Positions 27,904 through 39,784 of a stretch of DNA of 64,000 nucleotides are shown here, one piece after another; position 1 is the stretch's first letter, and each line of letters begins with the position of its first letter. The translations under genes were made by a program, and so were the position numbers. Under the pieces are notes generated by a model. That model was not told where the DNA came from. It was given only the letters and a program-made list of their open reading frames with translations, and made no database searches. Source of the stretch: Eledone cirrhosa (lineage: Eukaryota); NCBI GenBank assembly GCA_964016885.1, contig OZ024744.1, positions 66,402,001-66,466,000 on the forward strand, given 5' to 3'.

Positions 27904-28343
27904 AACAAACATAAACACACACAAATACATATATAACAATAGAAAAAACACACGCATACATATTATACATTACTGGCTTTAATATCACTTTGTACATGGT
28001 GATATACAGTGCACTATGCTACACAGCAAACCAAACCTCAGCTGAAACATTCATCATTGATTCTATTATGTCAACATTATGCATCCAACAGATTAGGCTG
28101 GTTCATTTTCTTTCATCCACTTTGCAAAGTCTCATTACTTTACATCAAACTCCTGACACATACACTGCTGAATAATGATAGTCAGGTTATATGCACTTTT
28201 AAATTCAAACATACATATACACACTAACAAATATACATATATATGTATATATATAATATGCAAAAGTTCTATTAAATTGTTGGGATACAACAAGTAAATA
28301 TTTTTCTAACTGATATAAAGCACTCGACAAGTATTTGGAGTAG

Positions 28344-28642
28344 ATATACGATATTAACAAATGGAAACTATATTTATAAAACCATATTTATTTCATTATA
28401 CATATTTCAAGGATACCAAGTTAAATTATGGTATGCCTTCATCAGACAAAATACAATATATACCAGTTTTATAAATAAACATTGACGTACCCTTTCAAAT
28501 GCGACCGTTACTTATATTTATAAAACTGGTATATATTGTATTTTGTCTGATGAAGGCATACCATAATTTAACTTGGTATCCTTGAAATATGTATAATGAA
28601 ATAAATATGGTTTTATAAATATAGTTTCCATTTGTTAATATC

Positions 28643-28648
<6 letters not shown>
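28344..28648. repeat. Inverted repeat (134-bp arms, 37-nt spacer), probable Penelope-like pLTR pair
   Basis: 28344-28477 is the reverse complement of 28515-28648. Each arm carries a hammerhead fold. Confidence 0.9.
28539..28603 (+). ncRNA. Type-I hammerhead motif (mirror copy at 28389-28453, minus strand)
   Basis: UAUUUUGU CUGAUGA AGGCAUACCA..UGGUAUCCUU GAAAU AUGU AUA AUGAAAUA. Stem I is 8 bp with two G-U pairs; the triplet is AUA. Confidence 0.72.
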
Positions 28649-28700
<52 letters not shown>

Positions 28701-29046
28701 GTATATATATTATGCATATATATACATATATATATATACATAAACATATATATATATACATAAACATATATATATTATATATATATTATATATATACATA
28801 TATATATATATACATAAACATATATATATATATATATACATAAACATATATATATATATATACATAACATATATATATATTATATATATATACATAAACA
28901 TATATATATATACATAAACATATATATATATATATACATAAACATATATATATATATATTAATATATATATACATATATATATTCATATATTATCATATA
29001 TATATTCATATATATATATATATATATACAATATAATATATATTAC

Positions 29047-29077
<31 letters not shown>

Positions 29078-29219
29078 CATATAATATACATATATATACA
29101 TATATATATATACATATATATACTATATATATATACATATATATACATATATATATATACATATATATACATATATATATATACATATATATAACATATA
29201 TATATATACATATATATAC

Positions 29220-29284
<65 letters not shown>

Positions 29285-29524
29285 CATAAACATATATATA
29301 TACATATATATATATATACATAAACATATATATATATATTATATATATATACATATATATATACATATATTATATATATATACATACTATATATACATAT
29401 ATATACATATATATATATATACATATATATACATATATATATATATACATATATATATATACATATATATATATACATATATATATATACATATATATAC
29501 ATATATATATACATATATATATAC

Positions 29525-29577
<53 letters not shown>

Positions 29578-29628
29578 CATATATATATATACATATATAT
29601 ACATATACATATATACATATATATATAT

Positions 29629-29676
<48 letters not shown>

Positions 29677-29717
29677 ATATATATACATATATTATATATA
29701 CATACATATATATATAC

Positions 29718-29782
<65 letters not shown>

Positions 29783-29896
29783 CATATATATACATATATA
29801 TATATACATATATATACATATATATATACATATATATATATACATATATATATATATACATATATATAAATACATATATATATATAATATATATAC

Positions 29897-29927
<31 letters not shown>

Positions 29928-29976
29928 CATATATATAAATACATATATATATATATATATACATATATATAAATAC

Positions 29977-30007
<31 letters not shown>

Positions 30008-30061
30008 CATATATATATATCACATATATATATATATATATATATACATATATATAAATAC

Positions 30062-30136
<75 letters not shown>

Positions 30137-30147
30137 CATATATATAA

Positions 30148-30214
<67 letters not shown>

Positions 30215-30307
30215 CATATGCAAAAGTTTTATTTAAGATTGTTGGGTTGCAACGAGTAAATATTTTATAACTGATATAAAAGCACTCAACAGTTTCTGGA
30301 GTAGGTT

Positions 30308-30663
30308 TACGATATTAAACAAATGGAAACTATATTTATAAAACCATATTTATTTCGTTATATATATTTCTGGGATATCATATTAAAAATATGTTATGCC
30401 TTCCTCAGACAAAATACAATACATAAGCTGTTTTATAAATAATTAGTGACATACCTTGTAATAATGCAACTTCCTTTTAAAATCAACTTTTTAAAAGGAA
30501 GTTGCATTATTACAAGGTATGTCACTAATTATTTATAAAACAGCTTATGTATTGTATTTTGTCTGAGGAAGGCATAACATATTTTTAATATGATATCCCA
30601 GAAATATATATAACGAAATAAATATGGTTTTATAAATATAGTTTCCATTTGTTTAATATCGTA
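30308..30663. repeat. Palindrome (175-bp arms, 6-nt spacer), diverged paralogue of 28344-28648
   Basis: 30308-30482 is the reverse complement of 30489-30663. Confidence 0.92.
30555..30620 (+). ncRNA. Type-I hammerhead motif (mirror copy at 30351-30416, minus strand)
   Basis: UAUUUUGU CUGAGGA (imperfect stem II) GAAAU AUAU AUA ACGAAAUA. Confidence 0.62.
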
Positions 30664-30880
30664 TATATACATATATATATATATATACATATATATATAC
30701 ATATACATATATATATATATAGTATTTACGTATCGAGAAAGAGAGAAAAAGGAGGGATAGGTGATACATATAGTTATTTGCCAAGTAGCGTATGCCAAAG
30801 GTGCTCGATACTAGTGCCGGCAGTATTAAATATTCGAAGTGTTAATATTTAGTGGGCTAGAGAGTTAGCAGAGCGTAAGC

Positions 30881-31398
30881 ACGTGGGAAAGTGAAAAATC
30901 GGAGAATAGACCGTTACCACATCATAACTGCACCCCACGAGCTCATCAACAGCAGAGCTGAAACAGCGATAAGTTGTACACATCGCTTAAAAATATCCTT
31001 CTTTAGATGGGTTAAGAATGAAGAGTGAAATAGTACACTGGATCTCCCGGCGGGCAGGCGCAGCAAAATAACACCCAGAAAACAATCCTTGCATACCAGA
31101 CCCAGCCTCAGACAAACAAGAAAAAAAAAAAAAAAAAAAAAAAAAATTATCCGGGAAAGACTGCCCTAACACCGGCCAGAGTAACCTCCCTTGACCTGCT
31201 GCAAAATCAAAACAAGATATTTTTGCGAGCAATGAATCTTGATGTGGATTTAGCCCCCAAAACTCTTTCCGAACTATGTAAGGAACACTTGTGATTGTTT
31301 ATGCCCTTGAGAAGCCCAACTGGACGAAACGTACGTAGGTGATATTTTAAATAAACATGTTTTAACGGTCTATTCTCCGATTTTTCACTTTCCCACGT
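30881..31398 (+). mobile_element. Penelope-like element 3' relic with 36-bp inverted ends and a degenerate hammerhead (~31301-31343)
   Basis: 30881-30916 is the reverse complement of 31363-31398. 30918-30992 reads HIITAPHELINSRAETAISCTHRLK, like the LLNKRxE..CRH C-terminus of PLE GIY-YIG proteins. The hammerhead 3' half is GCCCAACTGGAC GAAAC GTAC GTA. Confidence 0.7.
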
Positions 31399-31418
31399 AT
31401 ATATATATATACATATAT

Positions 31419-31873
31419 ATCATCATCATCATCATCAACGTTTAACGTCCGTGTTCCACGCTTGCATGGGTTTGGACGGGGGTAGTCCCACTTGAGGCAA
31501 GAGTGATTGTCTTGCTCGCATAGGACTGTCTGGCAGGTTTTCTACAGTTGGATGCCCTTCCTAACACCAACCACATTTACAGTGTGGGTCTGGGAGGTTT
31601 TTACCGTGTTGCCTACACAGCCACATTACAGCGTGGACTGTGTTTTTTTGTCGTGACACCTACACGATCTCATTTGTTTCGGCCTGGATGGCGCGGCACC
31701 AACATAACTTTACATAGAACGGGGTGGTGTGGATGGGGTGGGGGTGGTGGTGGTGGGACGGGGTGTATTTTGTTAGAGATGCCTACTGGCTGGAGTAGGT
31801 TTTACTATATATTTAGGTAAGGCGGGTCTTCTCTGTTACTGAGTACCGCCAAAGGTCTCGGTCCAGTGACATT
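31419..31873 (-). mobile_element. Young 5'-truncated copy of the 43955-47497 LINE
   Basis: Near-identical reverse complement of ~47050-47497; both give the same spurious peptide ([21 protein letters not shown]). (TA)n on both sides. Confidence 0.93.
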
Positions 31874-31889
31874 TATATATATATGTATA

Positions 31890-31927
<38 letters not shown>

Positions 31928-31948
31928 CATATATACATATATATATAC

Positions 31949-32051
<103 letters not shown>

Positions 32052-32372
32052 CATATATATAAATACATATATATATATATATACATATATATACATATAT
32101 ATATATATATATACATATATATACATATATATATATATATACATATATATACATATATATAAATACATATATATATATATACATATATATATATACATAT
32201 ATATATATATACATATATATAAATACATATATATACATATATATATATACATATATATATATACACATATATATATATATATATATCACGATAAATTAAC
32301 GGAGGCATAGGCCGTCGTTATTCCCTGTAAATAATGTGCTCAAAGGGGAAGAGATCCTGAGCCCTTTAAAAT

Positions 32373-33007
32373 ATATGTTGAGAAGGTAACACACCAGAGA
32401 GAGATATATAGTGCGTTATCAATAATACAGGGAAAAAACCACCAGTGTATGGAATCTATAACCTATGAAAGGCAGACTATAAACACGATAATTAAAAATA
32501 TAAATTAAAGCGTAAATAAATACCTCTATAACTATATAACACACGTACAAATTTATCGTGATATTTCACTCCTAACAACAGTCTTTCCAACTCTGTTTGG
32601 TTGAGCACTCTTCTCTGAGTGGCTTTGGGCTGCCCTTTCTAGCAGTTCGTCTCTCAGAGGCCACTGGTTCACTGCCCTTAAGCACGCTGTGACTTCTCTC
32701 TCCCACGTGTAGCTGAACAGTCAATTGTAAAATTCTCTTAGTGTTGTCTGAAATGTATGGCCTTACACACGCTGATGAACCGAGACTAGAACATTTCTTT
32801 CAACAACTTTTCTGGTGAAACATATCTTTGGATTTGTACGTGTGTTATATAGTTATAGAGGTATTTATTTACGCTTTAATTTATATTTTTAATTATCGTG
32901 TCTATAGTCTGCCTTTCATAGGTTATAGATTCCATACACTGGTGGTTTTTTCCCTGTATTATTGGTAACGCACTATATATCTCTCTCTGGTGTGTTACCT
33001 TCTCAAC

Positions 33008-33011
<4 letters not shown>
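32373..33011 (+). mobile_element. Probable Penelope-like pLTR relic with 180-bp inverted arms
   Basis: 32373-32552 is the reverse complement of 32832-33011 (2 mismatches seen). Contains a hammerhead with an intact core. Confidence 0.8.
32765..32845 (+). ncRNA. Type-I hammerhead ribozyme, intact core
   Basis: ACACACG CUGAUGA ACC(G)AGA..UCUGGU GAAAC AUAUC-UUUG-GAUUU GUA CGUGUGU. Stem I is 7 bp; predicted cleavage is after 32838. Confidence 0.85.
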
Positions 33012-33066
<55 letters not shown>

Positions 33067-33168
33067 GTACATATATTATGCATATATACATATACATACA
33101 TAAACATATATATATATATTATCATCATCATCATCATCATCATCATTTTACGTCCTCTTTTCCCTGCT

Positions 33169-33209
<41 letters not shown>

Positions 33210-33276
33210 ATATATATATTATGCATATATACATATATATATTATATATACATATATATATTATATATATATATAT

Positions 33277-34995
33277 AAGCCAAATTGACTTTCTGCTAGT
33301 TAGACAGTGAGACAGACAGATGGTGTCAAATACCAAGGCATACCCTGGGGAAGAATGTACCCCACAGCATAGGTTAGCCGTTAGTGATATCTCAGTAAGC
33401 AAGAGATGGAATGAGACATACAGGAAGGTGTGGAGAAGAAAGGTCTGGAAGCTAAAAGACCTTTCATTAAAATATAAATTTAGCGAAGCCCTTCAAGATG
33501 TGTATGACGAAAAAGAGACGATTTAGAGACGTATGACATAGATGATAACTGGAATTTCTTGCGTGACAACTTACTGCAGGCTACTGATGAAACTTGTGGC
33601 TGGAGCAGAGCTCGAACCAGACAGAGTGACCTGGTGGTGGAACAGCATGGTAGATAAGGCCATTAGAGATAAAAGACTAGCATGGAATGCTTGGAAAAAT
33701 AGTGGGAGCAGAGAAGGATATACAGCCTGCTAGACGTCAGGTGTACTTAGCACGCAGGGAGGCTGAGAGTAGGAGGTTTGCCAATGTTCTGCGATAGGAG
33801 GATCAGAGACGTGTGGTGTTCCACATTGCAAGGCAGTGTATCAGTGCAAATCAGGATGTTGTTGGAGATAAATGTGTCCGGAATGATATCAGTGTATTTA
33901 GAGTCACGAATGATCAAAAAAAGGAGGCCTGGAAATGTCATTATGAGAGACTGATGAATGTGGAGAACGAATGGGACAGAGAGAAATTACCCCCAGTAGA
34001 CCCGACAGAGGGACCAGTTACTGAGATTGATGAATATAGGAAACAAGTGGCAATTAAGGAAATGAAGAATGGTAAGGCTGCTGGGCCGTCGGGGATAGTT
34101 GTTGAGATGCTGAAGGCATCAGGAGAAGTAGGCACTAAACTAGTTGCACGCATCATTAATCAAGCTATTTATGGTGGTGTCAAACCCAAAGACTGGTGCA
34201 GCAGTATTCTCATAAATTGCTACAAAGGTAAAGGGGATGCTCTAGAGAGGAGCAATTATAGGGGCATAAAGCTGATGGATCAGGTTATGAAAGTGGCAGA
34301 GAGAATATTAGCAGAACTGATTAGAGAAAGGGTCAAATTAGAAGAGATGAAATTTGGTTTTGTGCCTCGGAAAAGTCCAACAGATGCCCTCTTCTTAGTG
34401 AAGCAACTACAAAAGAGATTCTTAGAGAAGAATAAGCCACTATACTTAGCTTTTGTTGACCTAAAGAAGGCCTTTGATAGGGTACCCCGATCTGTCATCT
34501 GGTGGTCCCTAAGGAAATTAGGTGTTGAGGAATGGCTTGTGATGACAGTGCAAGCTATGTACAGGGGTGCTGTCAGTAAAGTGAGAATAGGAATGGAGTT
34601 TAGTGAGGCAATCCAGATACAAGTATGTGTATATCAGGGTTCAGTCCTCAGCCTGCTCTTGTTCATTATAGTCCTCCAAGCCATAACAGAGGAGTTTAAG
34701 ACTAGCTGCCCATGGGAACTTCTCTATGCTGATGATCTGGTTCTAATAGCAGAATCAGTAGAGGAGCTAGAGAATAAATTCTGGCTATGGAAACAGCAGT
34801 TGGAATCAAGAGGCCTGAGAGTGGACATAGCTAAAACAAAAGTGTTTATAAGTAGAAAGAGGACAAAAATCTGATTCCGAGGAAATGGCCATGTTCGATA
34901 TGCAGAAAAGGAACTGGCATAAATTCTATAAAATGTACGCAATGCAGATCTTGGGTACACAAGAGATGTAGTGGGATAGCAGGCAAACTAACAGA
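33277..34995 (+). mobile_element. Degraded RTE LINE fragment (second subfamily), end of EN through RT into the PHD finger
   Basis: PGEECTPQHRL, VTWWWN, AFVDLKKAFDRV, QGSVLS, YADD, KTKV, then CSICRKGTGINSIKCTQC..HKRC after a frameshift. Confidence 0.92.
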
Positions 34996-35367
34996 TTTGC
35001 CCAAATAATGTTGGCATCACCTTTAAGGTACATCCAAGGTTTGGGCCCCGTGCTATCCGCCCATGACAAAAATCTCACTCGTATCTCATAACAACAATAC
35101 GGCACAATTATTTCACCTCAATTGCCCTACTCTCTTCAACATTACGCCAAAGCAGAGACAGACCCCATCAAGTTCAAGAAGTATTTGGACAAATTCCTTC
35201 AAGAAATCCCGGATAAGCCTCGTACACATGCATATGCCTCCGTAAACAATAACTCTCTGCTCGAGTGGGTCATGGTGCCCAAACACTGATTTGTAAGACT
35301 TCGCCAGGTGGTGCTATTAAGTTAGACATGGCCTGGGCCAATACTGGCCGAAACCTATCAAAGTTAT
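34996..35367 (+). mobile_element. 3' end of a different (CR1-group-like) LINE
   Basis: Reads across lesions as CPNNVGITFKVHPRFGPRA..IRHNYFTS..LFNITPK..FKKYLDKFLQEIPDKP..NNSLLEW. Confidence 0.6.
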
Positions 35368-35540
35368 ATATATATATATATATATATACACAATAATTCA
35401 TATATATATATATATATGATGATGATGATGATTATATATATATGTGTGTGTGTACACATATGTATATAATATATATTAATAATGTTTATAATATATATAT
35501 ATATGTGTGTGTACACATATGTATATTATATATATATTAG

Positions 35541-35731
35541 AAGGGCGGTGGATTGGCAGTATCGGTAGAGGGTCGGACGCCATGCTTTCAGCATAGTTAC
35601 GTCCCTTTACGATCTGAGTTCAAATCCCGCCGAGGTTGACTTTGCCTTTCATCCTTACGGGGTCGATAAAATAAAGTACCAGTAATGCACTGGGTAATTG
35701 CTGGCCTTGTGCCTAAAGTAGAAACAATTAT
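35541..35731 (+). mobile_element. Meta-type SINE, full length
   Basis: GGCGGTGGATTGGCAGTATCGG head, B box, Meta-like block and ATT tail. Confidence 0.82.
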
Positions 35732-35871
35732 TAATATATATTATATACATATGTGTACACACACATATATATATATTATAAACATTATTAATATATATTA
35801 TATACATATGTGTACACACACACATATATATATAATCATCATCATCATCATCATCATATATATATATATAT

Positions 35872-36360
35872 GAATTATTGTGTACAGTGCTAAGGTGCAC
35901 TATAACTCATCAGAAAAGTTAGCTAAAGGTGCATGTATAGTACATAAAATAATGTACAAATGCTAGGAAAGTGAACAGTGTACGACTCATGACACATGCA
36001 TGCACACACACACGTGTATGGAGGGGGAATATCAGGTGTAGTGTTGGCGAAATTCAGGAAGCATGGAGGTTTTAAAGGACGCAGTGTCCCGGCAGCTAAC
36101 AACCGATGCAGGTAGTTTGTTCCATGTTTCAGCAACTCTAGGCATGAAAAAAATGTTTCCGAAAGTCATGTTTTCTGATTCTGTATGACCACCAGTGTTA
36201 GACACAGGGAATTCAAAAAGGTGCCTTGTGGTTGTTGGAAAGATTGTTAATAATCTTGTGTGTGACTACCAAGTTAGTTGCCAGATATTGGAGATTTAAT
36301 GTATCTATGTCCGGGGAAGCAAGGGGTTCAGAGTATGGTAGATGCCTGATGGAGGTTATT
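35872..36360 (-). mobile_element. CR1-type LINE 3' fragment
   Basis: Minus strand: IRHLPYSE..THKIINN..DFRKHFF..RVAETWNKLPASVVSCRDTASFK, the CR1 C-terminal WNxLP motif. Confidence 0.75.
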
Positions 36361-36425
36361 TGTGTGTATATGTATACACACACACACACACAGACACACA
36401 CACACATATATATATTATATACAAT

Positions 36426-36762
36426 GGAGGCACATGGCTTAGTGGTTAGAGCATTGGCCTTGCAATGGAAAGGTTGTGAGTTCAATTCTCAGACCGGGTG
36501 ATGTGTTGTTTCCTTGAGCAAGACACTTTATATCACATTGCTCCAGTTTACTCAGCTGTAGAAATGAGATGATAGGGACTGGGGTCCCTATCATTCCACT
36601 GTAAAGTGGTCGTGGAGGTGCCACGGAAAAAAAGCACCCAGCACTCACTGTAAATGAGGTTGGTTTTAGGAAGGGCATCCAGCTGTAGAAATCAAGCCAG
36701 TATCAGTTCCCGTCCCACCCTTGCAAGCAGGGAAAAAGCGGACGTAAAATGAAATGATGATG
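36426..36762 (+). mobile_element. CORE-type SINE with RTE 3' tail, full length
   Basis: tRNA-like head with A/B boxes, CORE-like block and LINE-derived tail. Confidence 0.87.
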
Positions 36763-37271
36763 AATGATGACATCATCATCATCATCATCATCATCGTTTA
36801 AGGTCCATTTTCCATGCTGAATGAGGTTGTTACTTTATGAGGGAAGTCAGGTGAGAGTGAGAGAGAAAGACCACATCTTCCTCATACAGATCTGCATTTT
36901 GGCTTGGTTTCTACTTTGCTTATTTTGTATTGTGGCAAAAAAAAAAAAAAAAAATCATCTCTCATAAGATCAACACCATTGGCACTGATTTGAGCACTCT
37001 ATGATCTACTGATCAACATGCTGATGATGAGTGGATACTCAAGCAAGAGGTTTAAGTGATAGAAATTGTGAAAGCTTATGTAGAATTTCTACAGCTGACT
37101 GATATATGCCATGTGCAGAGAATGTCTGTCACACACTGATCTGGCACTATAGGAAAAAGAAATAACTGGAATAGTTGTTCAAACTGAAGGATGTAAAACT
37201 TCCAGAAAAACCTCCATTAACAGGTAGAAAAGTGAGGTGAACCTTACATTGAAGAACAGTAGCATCAACAA

Positions 37272-37292
37272 AAATGATAATGATGATGATGG

Positions 37293-37338
<46 letters not shown>

Positions 37339-37578
37339 GGCGGTGGCGGTGGTGTTGGTGGTGGTGGTGGTGATGATGATGATGCTGATGATGATAATGG
37401 TGGTGTTGGTGGTGTGTTGGCTGTGGCAGTTGTGGTGATGATGGTGGTGGTGGTGGTGGTAGTTGTAATGATGGTGGTGGTGGTGGTGGTGGTAGTGGTG
37501 ATGATGATGATGATGATGATGACGACAATGATGATGATGAGGATGAGGATGCTGGTGGTGGTGATGATGATGATTATC
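37272..37578. repeat. (GAT)n/(GGT)n triplet repeat
   Basis: Direct reading of the sequence. Confidence 0.9.
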
Positions 37579-37818
37579 ATAAAGACTACAAGCTACAATG
37601 CTAATATGGAGAAGGAAGCTATTATCTCCCTAAATGACAAGACAAGCATCGCTGTGGTCACCATCAGTGGCTGTCTGCCAGAACCCTTTTTTATATTTTG
37701 TCCATCACCATCTTCACTAGATAGAGAACACAGTATTCTTTCCAGGTTCCTGAAATACATCCACCAGTCATTAAAGAAGATGGCTAATCTGTTGTAGCTG
37801 TTGTCATACTACAGTTTA

Positions 37819-39130
37819 CCAACTAGTGAGGTCCTGGCTCATCTGAGATCAGTGACTCCCTTACTAGAACCAACCAGTGAGGTCTTAGCTCATCTGAGAG
37901 ATCAGTGACTCCCTTACTAGAACCAACCAGTGAGGTCTTAGCTCATCTGAGAGATCAGTGACTCCCTTACTAGAACCAACCAGTGAGGTCCTGGCTCATC
38001 TGAGAGATCAGTGACTCCCTTACTAGAACCAACCAGTGAGGTCTTAGCTCATCTGAGAGATCAGTGACTCCCTTACTAGAACCAACCAGTGAGGTCTTAG
38101 CTCATCTGAGAGATCAGTGACTCCCTTACTAGAACCAACCAGTGAGGTCTTAGCTCATCTGAGAGATCAGTGACTCCCTTACTAGAACCAACCAGTGAGG
38201 TCCTGGCTCATCTGAGAGATCAGTGACTCCCTTACTAGAACCAACCAGTGAGGTCTTAGCTCATCTGAGAGATCAGTGACTCCCTTACTAGAACCAACCA
38301 GTGAGGTCCTGGCTCATCTGAGAGATCAGTGACTCCCTTACTAGAACCAGCCAGTGAGGTCTTAGCTCATCTGAGAGATCAGTGACTCCCTTACTAGAAC
38401 CAACCAGTGAGGTCCTGGCTCATCTGAGAGATCAGTGACTCCCTTACTAGAACCAACCAGTGAGGTTTTGGCTCCTCTGAGAGATCAGTGACTCCCTTAC
38501 TAGAACCAACCAGTGAGGTCTTAGCTCATCTGAGAGATCAGTGACTCCCTTACTAGAACCAACCAGTGAGGTCCTGGCTCATCTGAGAGATCAGTGACTC
38601 CCTTACTAGAACCAACCAGTGAGGTTTTGGCTCATCTGAGAGATCAGTGACTCCCTTACTAGAACCAACCAGTGAGGTCCTGGCTCATCTGAGAGATCAG
38701 TGACTCCCTTACTAGAACCAACCAGTGAGGTCTTGGCTCATCTGAGAGATCAGTGACTCCCTTACTAGAACCAACCAGTGAGGTCTTGGCTCATCTGAGA
38801 GATCAGTGACTCCCTTACTAGAACCAACCAGTGAGGTCCTGGCTCATCTGAGAGATCAGTGACTCCCTTACTAGAACCAGCCAGTGAGGTTTTGGCTCAT
38901 CTGAGAGATCAGTGACTCCCTTACTAGAACCAGCCAGTGAGGTCTTGGCTCATCTGAGAGATCAGTGACTCCCTTACTAGAACCAGCCAGTGAGGTCTTG
39001 GCTCATCTGAGAGATCAGTGACTCCCTTACTAGAACCAGCCAGTGAGGTCTTGGCTCATCTGAGAGATCAGTGACTCCCTTACTAGAACCAACCAGTGAG
39101 GTCTTGGCTCATCAGTGGCTCCCTTACTAG
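37819..39130. repeat. 53-bp minisatellite, ~25 copies
   Basis: Unit CCAACCAGTGAGGTCTTAGCTCATCTGAGAGATCAGTGACTCCCTTACTAGAA; period 53 (37870 to 37923). Confidence 0.98.
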
Positions 39131-39549
39131 CAGGGAAATGGATGTTAAATGATGATGATGAATGGTGACAGCTAAGCAACCAAACAACAAAGCTCTAAAC
39201 TAAGTTAATTATCATTTCTGTTTTTTTTATTGTTATTAAAGCTTCATCTTGAGTCATAGAAATTGTATATCAACTCTCTCAATTGGTCACTATGCAACCA
39301 CAAATCGTGTTCTCCCCCTCCCTCTCTCAATTATACTACATATTTTTCTCTTACTCCTTCTGCGTCACAATAGATATGTCTTTCTCATTCGGTAGCTTCA
39401 TCAACAAAAAATTCCTTTTGGCAGGCAATTGGCCATCTTCATTAGAATTAGCTCTTGAGCACAAACTATTATTCCTTATCTTTCAAAGAAGCCGCTACAA
39501 GCAAATGTGCTAATCCTATGCTAAGCTAATATTTATAATTTCTGTTAAT

Positions 39550-39784
39550 TTTATGCTTTAGTGTTCAATCCGGCCAAAATCGGCCAGAATTCTCTACCTT
39601 TTTCTGTTGAAACTGGCTGTAACTCGTAACTGGTCATTCAAACTGATGTTAAGGTATTGTTGTCAAAATAAATACTTTCAAAATCTCATAGATTCGATAT
39701 TTTGTGAGATATTATGTGAGGTAAAGCCTTTACCATGAAAATATAATAGTATATATAAAATAATATGAATGCTAAAGGGTTAAG
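39550..39784. mobile_element. Possible piggyBac-like (TTAA) MITE relic
   Basis: The right end is GAATGCTAAAGGGTTAA. The left end CTTTAGTGTTC is a degenerate inverse of it. Confidence 0.45.

Noticed and set aside
36426-36498. tRNA gene
   Set aside because: The A/B boxes belong to a SINE head that continues into CORE and LINE-tail sequence; there is no proper acceptor stem.
37179-37797. Poly-D/G/V/M and poly-H ORFs
   Set aside because: These are GAT/GGT microsatellite translations.
37819-39130. CRISPR-like array
   Set aside because: The units are contiguous with no unique spacers, there are no cas genes, and the context is eukaryotic.
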